64,000 nt of DNA from Klebsiella phage KpLz-2_45. Below, piece after piece: positions 36,510-45,752 of the stretch (position 1 is its first letter; each line of letters opens with the position of its first letter). A model generated the notes under the pieces. The model had not been told where the DNA came from. It ran no database searches and saw nothing but the letters and a program-made list of their open reading frames with translations. A program made the translations under genes and the position numbers. The stretch lies in the sequence record MN871446.1. The stretch is one strand, 5' to 3'.

Positions 36510-36552
36510 AAGAAACAAAAAAAAAGAGAGGGCAAACGCCCTCTCTTTTTTA
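36510..36552. terminator. bidirectional intrinsic terminator
   Basis: Stem AGAGAGGGC/GCCCTCTCT with AAAC loop, flanked by AAAAAAAAA and TTTTTTAT. Confidence 0.8.
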
Positions 36553-36969
36553 TACGTGTTTTAGCGATTCAATTTCGATTATCGCTTCAATCTCGAAAAA
36601 CATTCGGACAAAGAAAGTAGCGATAGACAGAATACCTAATAAGTACTCATGGTGAACGCAGAGCAGAATGAATAGCACCACAGCCACGATTAAACGCAGC
36701 ATAACGTTCATCCCGCCAGTGAAAGTCAGATGCTTCTCTATTTTTTGGCGAAGTTTACTTTTGTTCTCTGGCGTCAGCGATATTCTTGAGAGGTCAGGGA
36801 AGGAGAAGAACTGGAAACCCAGCCAGAGTAAGCGTATTGTGATCAACGTGATCACCCAGTAAATTACTGCATCCTCTAATAACGGGATTTTCGCAATAAT
36901 AAGAATAGCCAGGGCGAAGCAGGAGAACAAAGAGAGTATTTTGGAAAGTAGGGTCAGCGAGTAAAACAT
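36550..36969 (-). CDS. polytopic membrane protein
   Basis: 139 aa with about four hydrophobic helices. Confidence 0.55.
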   Translation of the reverse strand: MFYSLTLLSKILSLFSCFALAILIIAKIPLLEDAVIYWVITLITIRLLWLGFQFFSFPDLSRISLTPENKSKLRQKIEKHLTFTGGMNVMLRLIVAVVLFILLCVHHEYLLGILSIATFFVRMFFEIEAIIEIESLKHV

Positions 36970-37036
36970 TTTATATCTTCCTTAACGTTAACGTTTTAGA
37001 ACGTCTCCGGTTCTCTGAACCGGAGACAGAGGTAGA

Positions 37037-37531
37037 TTAGTTTTCGCAGGTCAGGACAACTTTGCCCTGGATGTGAGTAGTGCCCAGCGGCATCTCTTGT
37101 GCGTCGAGATTGATTTTCGGCGCGATAGCCAGCGTTTTGTTGTTACCCTGGATCTGCTGATTTTGAGCAGCGGCGGACCACGCGTATTCCTGGTTGTTGA
37201 TGAATACGGAAGTTTGCGAACGATCGCTGATGGTCATGAGGTTATCAGCGAAGGCGAAGCGCCCGGTGTTTTGGGTCAGTTTGGCTTCGGTCAGTTTCCA
37301 GCTCTGGCGAGCGGTGTTACTTTTCAGTACGAAGTTAACCGCCTTTTGATTATCGGTACCTTGCTCGCCTTTCAGAAGGATCCCGCCGGTCTGCTGACCA
37401 TTGGCAAAATCGATCCCACATGACATTTGAGTTTGGGTGTATTCTGCATCCCATACCATTTCCTGCGCAGCGAACGCAGTAGAAGACAGAGACAGTACCA
37501 GAGCAGCCACAGCGAATTTTACGTTTTTCAT
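37037..37531 (-). CDS. secreted protein (Sec signal peptide)
   Basis: MKNVKFAVAALVLSLSSTAFA|AQE. 164 aa, Gln/Asn/Thr-rich, two Cys. Confidence 0.6.
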   Translation of the reverse strand: MKNVKFAVAALVLSLSSTAFAAQEMVWDAEYTQTQMSCGIDFANGQQTGGILLKGEQGTDNQKAVNFVLKSNTARQSWKLTEAKLTQNTGRFAFADNLMTISDRSQTSVFINNQEYAWSAAAQNQQIQGNNKTLAIAPKINLDAQEMPLGTTHIQGKVVLTCEN

Positions 37532-37574
37532 TTGTTTTCCAAAAGAGAGATTGAGTTAAGGTTTTTACTACAAT

Positions 37575-37979
37575 TTACGGATCGACACGCATCGCACGTT
37601 GAGAATCCATTTGCTGATTCTGTTCCATGCGTTCCATTTCCATCTCTAAACGACGGATCTGTAATTCTTTTTGGCGACGACTAAGGTCGGCTAACCGTTC
37701 GCAACTTTCGGCCATCTTATCGTCACCGCCTAAGGGTATACTTATACTAACATACCCACCTTTATCGTTATCTGCATAACGATACTGACTACCATTATTT
37801 CCGTACGCCCCGACGTTAATCGTTGCTTGCGGACGGCTGACCTCACAACTGATATCACCGTTCTGTACGCGGCCACGGTTTTCAGCTGTGTTGTTCATGA
37901 TGTAAGGGGCATCGGCAAAAGCCATTGTTGAACAAGTCAGTGTAATTGTAAAAAGTAAGACTTTATTCAACATGGACAT
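37575..37979 (-). CDS. secreted protein with a C-terminal coiled-coil
   Basis: Signal peptide MSMLNKVLLFTITLTCSTMAFA|DAP. C-terminus LADLSRRQKELQIRRLEMEMERMEQNQQMD is heptad-like. Confidence 0.55.
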   Translation of the reverse strand: MSMLNKVLLFTITLTCSTMAFADAPYIMNNTAENRGRVQNGDISCEVSRPQATINVGAYGNNGSQYRYADNDKGGYVSISIPLGGDDKMAESCERLADLSRRQKELQIRRLEMEMERMEQNQQMDSQRAMRVDP

Positions 37980-38334
37980 TGAAGCACACCTCAGGTTGGA
38001 ACTGCGCGTTGGGTATTACCTGCATCGCGCAGATAGGGACGTATTTCTGTCCGTTATCGTGCTGCTGGATAAATTTGTTATTGATGGTCATCGGAAAGGT
38101 CGCTCTTTCACCACCGAAAACATATTTTTTGTAAGGAATCCCTTTCTTATCTGCAATGACCTTATTCCCGACACGAAACACAAAATCCCCGGATTCTTTC
38201 GTGTCGATGTACATCTCAATTTGAGAATAACCGTCCATGCCAATAGAGTTAGTTTGGTTAACTGGACCGAAGTAGTGAGCAGAGGCATTCGCCGCAAAGA
38301 AGACAATCCCTATTAAAGCAAAGCGTAGTTTCAT
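37963..38334 (-). CDS. secreted protein (Sec signal peptide)
   Basis: MKLRFALIGIVFFAANASA|HYF. Confidence 0.55.
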   Translation of the reverse strand: MKLRFALIGIVFFAANASAHYFGPVNQTNSIGMDGYSQIEMYIDTKESGDFVFRVGNKVIADKKGIPYKKYVFGGERATFPMTINNKFIQQHDNGQKYVPICAMQVIPNAQFQPEVCFNVHVE

Positions 38335-38345
38335 TTTAGTTTCTC

Positions 38346-38765
38346 TTATTTCCGGCGACGTTGATGGTTGTTGTTGAATTTGTTGGCGAGATTATTAAAT
38401 GATTCCTTTGAAATTTTATTTTCTTTCAAAGAGCTGATCTCGACGACATTGCGTTTATCGTTGCAAGGCCATAAAGACTCAATCAATTCTGCGGTGTCGT
38501 CTTTTTCAAGACCACGATAAATCTCTTCTAGTATATAGTAGTCGCAGAAGGCCGCTGCATCTAAAATGAGATTTGACATTTTAGCCCCTTTGAAAGGATA
38601 CAGCTGACTAGCAACTAATTCGCCGTCTAAAATGTAAAGCGCCACCGAAATTTTTGGTGTGGTATAAATAGCTTTGACTTTAATCTCTTTAACGGTATAA
38701 GAACTTTTATTAATAGCTTTTTGTACGTTTTCGATAGTTTTCGCAGTCAGTAACATTAATAGCAC
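38346..38765 (-). CDS. hypothetical protein
   Basis: 139-aa ORF preceded by the leader AACTAAACCTATTGGAG. Confidence 0.5.
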   Translation of the reverse strand: MLLMLLTAKTIENVQKAINKSSYTVKEIKVKAIYTTPKISVALYILDGELVASQLYPFKGAKMSNLILDAAAFCDYYILEEIYRGLEKDDTAELIESLWPCNDKRNVVEISSLKENKISKESFNNLANKFNNNHQRRRK

Positions 38766-38873
38766 TCCAATAGGTTTAGTTATTTTATTTACGGAAAGGT
38801 TTTATCTTTCCTAAATCACTGTAGCTATATAGATGTTAAAAAAATTGGAGATGGGTTCATCTCCAATTGTCTG
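38766..38873. promoter_or_regulatory. conserved intergenic cassette, copy D (no plus-strand gene follows)
   Basis: Leader CCAATAGGTTTAGTTA (38767-38782). Tract TTTATCTTTCC. Box CACTGTAGCTATATAGATGTTAAAAAAATTGGAG (38817-38850). Then a hairpin TTGGAGATG GGTT CATCTCCAA. Lies between two minus-strand genes. Confidence 0.45.
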
Positions 38874-39236
38874 TTATTTCGAATAGCTGTTACGGACGGT
38901 AGTCAGGTATTGTCCGCCATTAGGAAAGTTCCCTTTCCCATCGACGTAATCAAATGTGATTTCATGACTAGGAATAGTCGAAAGAAACCCGCGTTGGTTC
39001 GCCACGATCAGTTGTTTGATGACGTTTTGAATTCGTTTCGTCAACACCGTCAATCGAGCATTACCAGGACAAACGTTAGTGTAAATTTCGTTATAACGTT
39101 TCCCAATCAGTGACAACCTGGCAGGTGCCCGGAAAAGTACGCGTACCCCTTCTTTTTCGTAAATTTCTTTCTCGAGCTCCCACAGACCAAAAGTCTCCAT
39201 GGTATCCGGTTGTACAGGAACATCTTGCTTAGTCAT
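38874..39236 (-). CDS. hypothetical protein
   Basis: 120-aa ORF. Confidence 0.5.
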   Translation of the reverse strand: MTKQDVPVQPDTMETFGLWELEKEIYEKEGVRVLFRAPARLSLIGKRYNEIYTNVCPGNARLTVLTKRIQNVIKQLIVANQRGFLSTIPSHEITFDYVDGKGNFPNGGQYLTTVRNSYSK

Positions 39237-39281
39237 TTTCTTTCCTCTGAAAGTAGGCGGGGATTAGCCCCGCCTACTGTG

Positions 39282-39581
39282 TTAGTCTTTTTCTGACAGA
39301 CCTAATGTAATATCTGCCTTTTCTCGCGCTACAATTTCGCTATGGGTAAGCCCGTGCCCTTTACGTTGATGACCGCACATCCAGCAACTACAGTTACAAG
39401 GTGTGGTCGCTACACGACCGATAATACCTTTATCAGTTTGAGGTTTCAACCCGTTAAAATAGACATTGGTGTTCCAATAGTGAGAAATTTTCTTTTTCTT
39501 CATAGCACGTTTGAAACGGCGAAAAGCGCGGTCACGAATAGCCATCGTTTTAAATCCTCTGAGTTCACCCGTAGAGAACAT
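39282..39581 (-). CDS. small Cys/His-rich protein (possible zinc ribbon)
   Basis: CNCSCWMCGHQRKGHGLTH cluster in a basic 99-aa protein. Confidence 0.45.
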   Translation of the reverse strand: MFSTGELRGFKTMAIRDRAFRRFKRAMKKKKISHYWNTNVYFNGLKPQTDKGIIGRVATTPCNCSCWMCGHQRKGHGLTHSEIVAREKADITLGLSEKD

Positions 39582-39629
39582 CTCTACGGGCAGATTGGGA
39601 TCTCAGAGTGGCGGTGGTACCGCAAAGTG

Positions 39630-40073
39630 TTAGGGCGCATAGGCTATCTCAATTCCTTGTAGAATATCGCAAAGTTTCTTACCGGGTAACTCCCCTAATT
39701 TGCCGATAAAATCTTGAAGGTTTTTTACAGCTAACTTGAGATCCCGTGACGGACCTGCCCAGTAATTAACCGAAAGACCTAAATAAAGGTTTTTGGACGA
39801 AATCTCAAATCCTCCGTCTTTCTTACTCGGGAGAATATTAAAGACCGGGACAAACGGAGCAGCGTTGACCGCATACGGTTCATCGACTAAACCGTCTTTG
39901 ATTGGGAAGAGGTCAGTGAACCTGATAACAACGGAGCAGTCCGTCGCTTTCACAAACAGACCGTAGTTGATTTGGAATTTATCAGGCGGCGACACCTTGA
40001 GAAATTCCCCGAAGTCAGCCTTGTTACGCTTAGTCCAAATCCCTTTACGTCCTTTGAATGTAGTGATCATCAT
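39630..40073 (-). CDS. hypothetical protein
   Basis: 147-aa ORF. Confidence 0.5.
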   Translation of the reverse strand: MMITTFKGRKGIWTKRNKADFGEFLKVSPPDKFQINYGLFVKATDCSVVIRFTDLFPIKDGLVDEPYAVNAAPFVPVFNILPSKKDGGFEISSKNLYLGLSVNYWAGPSRDLKLAVKNLQDFIGKLGELPGKKLCDILQGIEIAYAP

Positions 40074-40406
40074 TTATTCCTCAGGCCATTGAATCATAAT
40101 GGCGTTACCAGTCCGCCGAGAGTATAACTCAGCTTCTTTGGACTTAATGCAACGTTGGACGTACCCGACAGAATAATCGCCGTAGTGCGCGATCTCTTCG
40201 TCGCGTATCCCGCGTAAATGCGCTTCGTAAATACCCGTCTGACGAAGATCCATTTGGATAAGTTCACGAAGATGATATTCTTCCTCACGAAGCGCGTTTA
40301 GTGCTTTCTCTACTGAACTTTGAGCGATGATATTTGCTTTAAGTTCAAAAAGACGCTGTCTTTGATGGGTAGAAATTGCCTCAGAATCATTTAAAAAGCA
40401 GTCCAC
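40074..40406 (-). CDS. hypothetical protein
   Basis: 110-aa ORF abutting the next gene. Confidence 0.45.
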   Translation of the reverse strand: MDCFLNDSEAISTHQRQRLFELKANIIAQSSVEKALNALREEEYHLRELIQMDLRQTGIYEAHLRGIRDEEIAHYGDYSVGYVQRCIKSKEAELYSRRTGNAIMIQWPEE

Positions 40407-40617
40407 GACAGACCTCCGCTTCTTCAGTGTTCGCGGTCAAATGAAAACCGTTAAGTGTGGTCAGATCACAACCCACCACTAACCCTAAACGGATTATGTC
40501 GAAAAGGGTATCGAAAACGGGCTCGTCGAGATCCGATACCTCAACATCCTCGACCTGCTCTAACTCCGTTTTAATTTTGGCGTTAGCGTACCGTAATAGA
40601 TTACCTTCGTACATCAT
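40387..40617 (-). CDS. hypothetical acidic protein
   Basis: 76-aa ORF. Confidence 0.4.
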   Translation of the reverse strand: MMYEGNLLRYANAKIKTELEQVEDVEVSDLDEPVFDTLFDIIRLGLVVGCDLTTLNGFHLTANTEEAEVCRGLLFK

Positions 40618-41028
40618 TTACCTCCAGCAAACATCGAACGTTATAATGTCAAAACGGTAACTGCCGTCTTGATTTCGCTTACGAAGAATTCGCGGAACAA
40701 ACTCGAAAGGAAGTGTTTCCTTCATCAGCGCGCCCGCTACTTTCTCAGAACGAATAGGGTTGTAGTTTGCGATACTCGTAACGAGATTCCCTTCGCTGTC
40801 CCACTTGTAGTTCTTCGTCACAAAGTGACATTGGTCACGGTTAACCGTTACGTAACGTTGGAAGTCCTCTTTGGACATCGGACCCTTTGGTCTCTCCAAT
40901 ACCCCTAATTCCAAAAACGAGTGTTTACGTTCAAAGAATTTCCTGACCGCATCCGGGGAGTACTTATCAACATCGGTCTTTTTCAGAATGATTATTTCCC
41001 GAATGAATCTGCTTAAATCAGTGTTCAT
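40618..41028 (-). CDS. hypothetical protein
   Basis: 136-aa ORF abutting the upstream gene. Confidence 0.5.
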   Translation of the reverse strand: MNTDLSRFIREIIILKKTDVDKYSPDAVRKFFERKHSFLELGVLERPKGPMSKEDFQRYVTVNRDQCHFVTKNYKWDSEGNLVTSIANYNPIRSEKVAGALMKETLPFEFVPRILRKRNQDGSYRFDIITFDVCWR

Positions 41029-41551
41029 TATCGGCCCCTTTCAGATACCCCGTTAAACGATCAACGTGCGGTTGTACCCATTCTATCGAATCGAACTCGT
41101 CAATGTGTTCGGTCACATAACGGATTTTCTCCGGGATAGGCTGTTTAAAGTGTTCGAGGAAAAGTTTAGCAAAACTGCAACCCAGAGCATCGATCTCCAG
41201 ATAGCCGTCAATGAGTTCTTCAACGGTTACTTCATTCGCCCGATCTGCGCTATATTGAGAAAGGAGTTTCTCCAGATCAATACCGTGGGGATTAGCCGTG
41301 TCGATAATAACGTCGGAGAGACTTACAAAAGCATGGTTCCCGCAATCGTAAAAGATCACCTCATGTCCCCACTGCTTCGCTACCAAGCCAATACATACTG
41401 CCGCCGTTCCGCAATCCCCGGAGTTAATCCGTTTAATCGCATCCTCTTTCGATTCACGGGAAAAATAGACCCGGTAAAAATCAACAAACTTATCAACAAG
41501 ATTCAGGATTGATTCGGTAGGCATTTTCAAACTCCTTGCGGTTGTTATCAT
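41018..41551 (-). CDS. hypothetical protein with papain-like (C39-like) Cys/His motifs
   Basis: GDCGTAAVCIGLVAKQWG resembles the C39 peptidase catalytic-Cys context (DCGxAcLam). The downstream His in DCGNHAFVSL resembles the HyvVl motif. Confidence 0.45.
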   Translation of the reverse strand: MITTARSLKMPTESILNLVDKFVDFYRVYFSRESKEDAIKRINSGDCGTAAVCIGLVAKQWGHEVIFYDCGNHAFVSLSDVIIDTANPHGIDLEKLLSQYSADRANEVTVEELIDGYLEIDALGCSFAKLFLEHFKQPIPEKIRYVTEHIDEFDSIEWVQPHVDRLTGYLKGADNEH

Positions 41552-42260
41552 CTAAGAAAAATTCCATGGCATCACGGTACCGGTGCCAGCATTGCGTATC
41601 ACGGAAATGATAGATTTTATCAAGCTCAGTAATACGGTCAGTGACAAGTTTGTGAAGATGCGCGTAGTAACGCCCTTTCGGAAGAAACTGCGTAAAGAGA
41701 TCTTTTTCCGTGAGCCAAATTTTAAGGAAGGTGACTTCTATCCCTTCAACGTCTTTTAGGTTGTCGAGGATATCTGCCAATTTCACCGCCCACGCGTCAG
41801 GGTTAGCGGAGTTAAGGAGTTTCGTCGCCTCTAACATCGTTCGGTCTTTCCGGTTCGCTTGTATGGTTTTAGTCGTATAGCGATCCGTAACCCAATCAAC
41901 GAGTTTCAGTGTCTCGTCAACCAGTTGAGTGTAATTACCGTCTATGCTATCAAACGTAAACAGCATAAAACGGAGATCCTCTAAAGAGATCTCGGTATCC
42001 TCAACCACGTCATGAAGTAGACCTGCACAGACTACGGTGATAGGGTAGTCATTTTCCTTAAGTGTTTCACTGACGGAAAACGGATGAATGTAATAAGGTT
42101 TGTTAGACCCTTTTCTTTTTTGTCCGGTGGCAGAATGCGTTGACATCGCCACCAAATTACAAACAGAATATAATTTTCGTTCCGCTTCAGTTTTCAATCC
42201 AAAAGCCCTCTGAGTAGATTTCAATAAGGTGATATAGTCTTCAAATAAATTCCACAGCAC
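41493..42260 (-). CDS. HD-domain (p)ppGpp hydrolase, SpoT/Mesh1-like small alarmone hydrolase
   Basis: YYIHPFSV, LLHDVVEDT (compare SpoT ALLHDVIEDT) and VKLADILDNLK (compare SpoT KLADRLHNMR) appear in the correct order and spacing. Confidence 0.8.
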   Translation of the reverse strand: MLWNLFEDYITLLKSTQRAFGLKTEAERKLYSVCNLVAMSTHSATGQKRKGSNKPYYIHPFSVSETLKENDYPITVVCAGLLHDVVEDTEISLEDLRFMLFTFDSIDGNYTQLVDETLKLVDWVTDRYTTKTIQANRKDRTMLEATKLLNSANPDAWAVKLADILDNLKDVEGIEVTFLKIWLTEKDLFTQFLPKGRYYAHLHKLVTDRITELDKIYHFRDTQCWHRYRDAMEFFLDDNNRKEFENAYRINPESC

Positions 42261-42300
42261 GTAAAATAGAAAGAGAGGAGGGCAGCTGCCCTCCTCTCTC
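42255..42300 (-). terminator. intrinsic terminator
   Basis: 14-bp palindromic stem AGAGAGGAGGGCAG/CTGCCCTCCTCTCT. On the minus strand it is followed by TTCTATTTTAC. Confidence 0.6.
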
Positions 42301-42305
42301 TGTGC

Positions 42306-42929
42306 TTAATAAATCCGAATTTCGTACTGACCTTGCTGAACGAAGGTCATTCCCAACCCCATATTTGAAGGCCAATTAATCAGGATTTTCCCGACCATAG
42401 CTTCCTTCTCAACGATGGCTGAAGACATCTCAATCGCTTCGCTCGCTATCCCTTTGTTTACCACGTACTCACCGAAGATATTAGGGTAAGTCAAGTTCGT
42501 CGCAATAATACGGTGATAACCCGTGGTCCCGATTAAACGAGTCGGAATAGTGATCGACTCGTTTGCCATAGCGGTGTAGCGGAACACTACCCCGGTCGCG
42601 GAACTGGCTATCGGAATTTCAATCGCCTTACCGGATTCGGTAAGTAACTGGGCTAATGTATTACCGTCGAATTTGAAGATATTCGCCGAGGAGCGAGTGA
42701 AGTCCGACCAGATTAGTGCATAATCGCCAGCTTTGAGATCAGCTAACGCTTTAGCGCTGTCGTCGTAAACTGTCGGGTTAGCCATAATCATTCGTAGGAT
42801 GGCGACGGAGACAGCTTGGGTACTTTCTGCTCCGTCCACTAACGAAGTAGAGAAAGGAATAATATCTTTCTCAGCGATGGTATTGACTCGATTGAGTTCT
42901 GAGATCTTAACGGAAATATCGTCTGCCAT
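42306..42929 (-). CDS. hypothetical protein
   Basis: 207-aa ORF. Confidence 0.55.
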   Translation of the reverse strand: MADDISVKISELNRVNTIAEKDIIPFSTSLVDGAESTQAVSVAILRMIMANPTVYDDSAKALADLKAGDYALIWSDFTRSSANIFKFDGNTLAQLLTESGKAIEIPIASSATGVVFRYTAMANESITIPTRLIGTTGYHRIIATNLTYPNIFGEYVVNKGIASEAIEMSSAIVEKEAMVGKILINWPSNMGLGMTFVQQGQYEIRIY

Positions 42930-42978
42930 GTTGACACCTTTTAAACGCGATTGTTAACATAGCAAACCATCCGGAGAA

Positions 42979-44214
42979 TTACGCCGGATCAGGGTTAGCG
43001 TTATCGGACGTCAAGGTTTGATCGATGACGGCGACTTTCTCCTTAGGGTGTTTGATCTTAAACCGTCTACGCATCTGATAAAGGTAATTATCATCATCAC
43101 CAACGTATTTTACCTCATAACCTACCCGATCAAAATAGGTGATCTCATCAGGTTTATCCGACGCCTTGACTAACGACACCACTACTTTATCATTAAAACG
43201 CTTAGAGGTAACTTCGACCCAAGATTGGAATTTTTGCGACGGGAACATAGGTTTTGTGAAGTTAATCACGAAACGCGCCCCTCTAAACCAAACGAGTTCA
43301 TCCCCAACCAATTTCGCGTCCAGTGGAATCATTGCGATCAGTCGGGCCAAAGGTGCCACTAGTGTACGGGGGAGAGTTTCACCACGGAACATTCCGCCGA
43401 TAGGGACAATTTCGTTACCGTTTTCGTAATCGTCTGTCCAATAAACGTTATCTAAACTCATGAGCGCTCTTTTACGGGTTTTCTGATCAAAGGTACCCAT
43501 CAGCTTAATGAACCGAGTAAAAAGCGCACTGAGTGCTTCCTGTTGGCCTTTACAAATAAAGAATGATTCAAGATTGATATAGTCACCGTTAATAAACCCC
43601 GCGGCTTGTGTAACAGCGCGGGTGTCGGAAAATGCGGCGGCGTGTTCAGGAGATATTTCTAACGCACCGTCGCGATCGGCGTAAAAGTGTTTTTTAATAT
43701 CGTCGGGCTGGACCCACGGGAAAGTCACTTCTACCGACGAATAAAAATTGTGGTAACCAATAAAGTCACTGCTGTAGGCAGAAGGAGTGTAGAAAATTCG
43801 ACCGTCTAAAAATCGTGCGACACCGTCATCATCCATGAAGATGGCACTACAACGTTTGTTCTGCCTGGAACCAAAACTGTGTTCGACCCATTCGTTTTCT
43901 TCACCTGTCAGTGGTGTTAATGGACGATAGCTCACCAGGGTAATGAATTGCCCCAGTAGCTGATCACGTTTAGCGTCATCAAGAGTGGGGTTCTCAAACA
44001 ACAAGCGACTGAAACCGGAAAGTAATGAACTGTTATCGTCGATAGGAGTCAGCGATTTTCGCCAGGCTTTGAGGGAACCGATTAAAATCCCGGCACTGCC
44101 ACCGGAGTGCCCTTGATCATGCCAGATATCAAACGCTGCACGTAAAATGGAACGACTTTCTTCATCGAGCTTAGCGAATTCAAATTCCGCTTCGAAGTGG
44201 GACTGTAAATTCAT
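42979..44214 (-). CDS. hypothetical protein
   Basis: 411-aa ORF. Confidence 0.55.
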   Translation of the reverse strand: MNLQSHFEAEFEFAKLDEESRSILRAAFDIWHDQGHSGGSAGILIGSLKAWRKSLTPIDDNSSLLSGFSRLLFENPTLDDAKRDQLLGQFITLVSYRPLTPLTGEENEWVEHSFGSRQNKRCSAIFMDDDGVARFLDGRIFYTPSAYSSDFIGYHNFYSSVEVTFPWVQPDDIKKHFYADRDGALEISPEHAAAFSDTRAVTQAAGFINGDYINLESFFICKGQQEALSALFTRFIKLMGTFDQKTRKRALMSLDNVYWTDDYENGNEIVPIGGMFRGETLPRTLVAPLARLIAMIPLDAKLVGDELVWFRGARFVINFTKPMFPSQKFQSWVEVTSKRFNDKVVVSLVKASDKPDEITYFDRVGYEVKYVGDDDNYLYQMRRRFKIKHPKEKVAVIDQTLTSDNANPDPA

Positions 44215-44397
44215 CTTTATTTCCTTAGCTTATTTTCGATTAGTTGATTGTATAAAGCGTATTCTCTGTGCGTTTTAATAACGACTTTCTTCTTATTATC
44301 AGACTAAAGGCGAAGTACGTAAAAAGATCTCTGAGCAAGGTATATCTTATGTTACGAACGCCCGTATTATCACCCTTTGCAAAGGTTATGACCCAAA

Positions 44398-45693
44398 ATG
44401 AAACATACTCGTAAAGTACTCGAAGCCCTTGCTTCTACTCCCTCTTTGGAAGCCCAAGCGTTTATCGATATCCCGGAAGGCGACGCTGGTGAGTTAGGTT
44501 TACTGGCCCTCGAAGCCTATGAGCTGACCAGTGAGGTGGTCGATCAACTCGATGAATCTGCGATTCTCGATGACAAATCCGAACGCGGTGAACTCCTGAA
44601 AGATTTTATCAGTAGTGAAGTCGTAGGCGAAGATCGTATCGCCACCCCGGCTGAAATTGCGCTTATCGAACAAGCGACCGATGCGGTAGTTGACGGCACC
44701 GGCGAAACCGTAGAAACCGTCATCCCTTCTCTGGAAGCATTTGAAATCAAAGGCGCGTCTGAACCTGCCCTTGAAGCGCTCGGCGAAACCGTCAGTAACT
44801 TCATGAAAGGCGCGGTTCAGTTAGTCAAGAACGCCGGCGAGTCTTTCAAGAAATATGTGAAAGGACTGTTCTCTCGTTTGGAAGCTCTGAAGAATCTGGT
44901 GTCTTCCGTCGAGAAGAAAGCGGCTGATGCAGAGTTTAAAGACAGTGTTCCGGTCAGTGAATCTTCCTCGGTTTACGTTGCGTGGGACAATAACAGTTTC
45001 GCAACGACGTTTGACAAAGCCGTATCCGGTTTTGAGACTATCGCCAAGAAAACTGCGGAACTCTCCGGCCCGTATTCCCAGAAAGTCCTGACCAAGCATG
45101 ATGAATTCGTTAACCTGGTACAGAAGACTTTTGATACCTCGTTAGGTCGCGGCGATGCCAAAGCAAACAGCCGTAATGATCTCGCGAAAAAGTTCATCGC
45201 TAATGCTGAGGCGTTAGACGCACTGTTCCAGAGTACCTTTACCGATGGTAAAGCGTTCGGCGGGATTTATATTTCTAACGGCGAAAGACTGGAGAAGAGC
45301 GAAGACTTCCGCGCTGTCTCGAAAAGCATTGGCGAGTCCGTACCGGATATCTACTTAGCCGGGAACACCGACGGTCGCGCCTTTGAAATGACCGGCGTAA
45401 ACAAAGAATCTGTGCGCCGTCTTTGCCAGATGGTCAAAGGGACGATGGGAAGTCTCTCCCGTACCAAAGTGACCGGTACCATGTTTAACGTTAACTTCTT
45501 TACTACGCACACCGACTTTGGTTTGGCAAGCTCTATCGTATTCGGGATCAGTAGCACCCAGTACCAAACCGCGATTAACCGCGTTAACCGGGCGTACATC
45601 AAAGCTTACACGAAACCGTTGATGCAATTTATCAACCACTTCTTCCGTGTGGCCGAAGCCCAGCTGAATGTGGCCAAAAAAGCAATGAAATAA
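44398..45693 (+). CDS. abundant acidic protein, probable virion, scaffold or internal protein
   Basis: 431 aa with SD AAGG. GC3-rich codon usage like the sheath/tube pair. Acidic Ala/Glu-rich N-half. 183-bp upstream promoter region and its own terminator. Confidence 0.6.
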   Translation: MKHTRKVLEALASTPSLEAQAFIDIPEGDAGELGLLALEAYELTSEVVDQLDESAILDDKSERGELLKDFISSEVVGEDRIATPAEIALIEQATDAVVDGTGETVETVIPSLEAFEIKGASEPALEALGETVSNFMKGAVQLVKNAGESFKKYVKGLFSRLEALKNLVSSVEKKAADAEFKDSVPVSESSSVYVAWDNNSFATTFDKAVSGFETIAKKTAELSGPYSQKVLTKHDEFVNLVQKTFDTSLGRGDAKANSRNDLAKKFIANAEALDALFQSTFTDGKAFGGIYISNGERLEKSEDFRAVSKSIGESVPDIYLAGNTDGRAFEMTGVNKESVRRLCQMVKGTMGSLSRTKVTGTMFNVNFFTTHTDFGLASSIVFGISSTQYQTAINRVNRAYIKAYTKPLMQFINHFFRVAEAQLNVAKKAMK

Positions 45694-45698
45694 AAGTA

Positions 45699-45745
45699 CT
45701 CCTCTCTCCGCTAAGGCGGAGAGAGGAGCTATGAGTAGTTTTATC
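45699..45745 (+). terminator. intrinsic terminator
   Basis: 13-bp stem CTCCTCTCTCCGC/GCGGAGAGAGGAG with TAAG loop, then CTATGAGTAGTTTTATC. Confidence 0.6.
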
Positions 45746-45752
45746 AGGTAAG

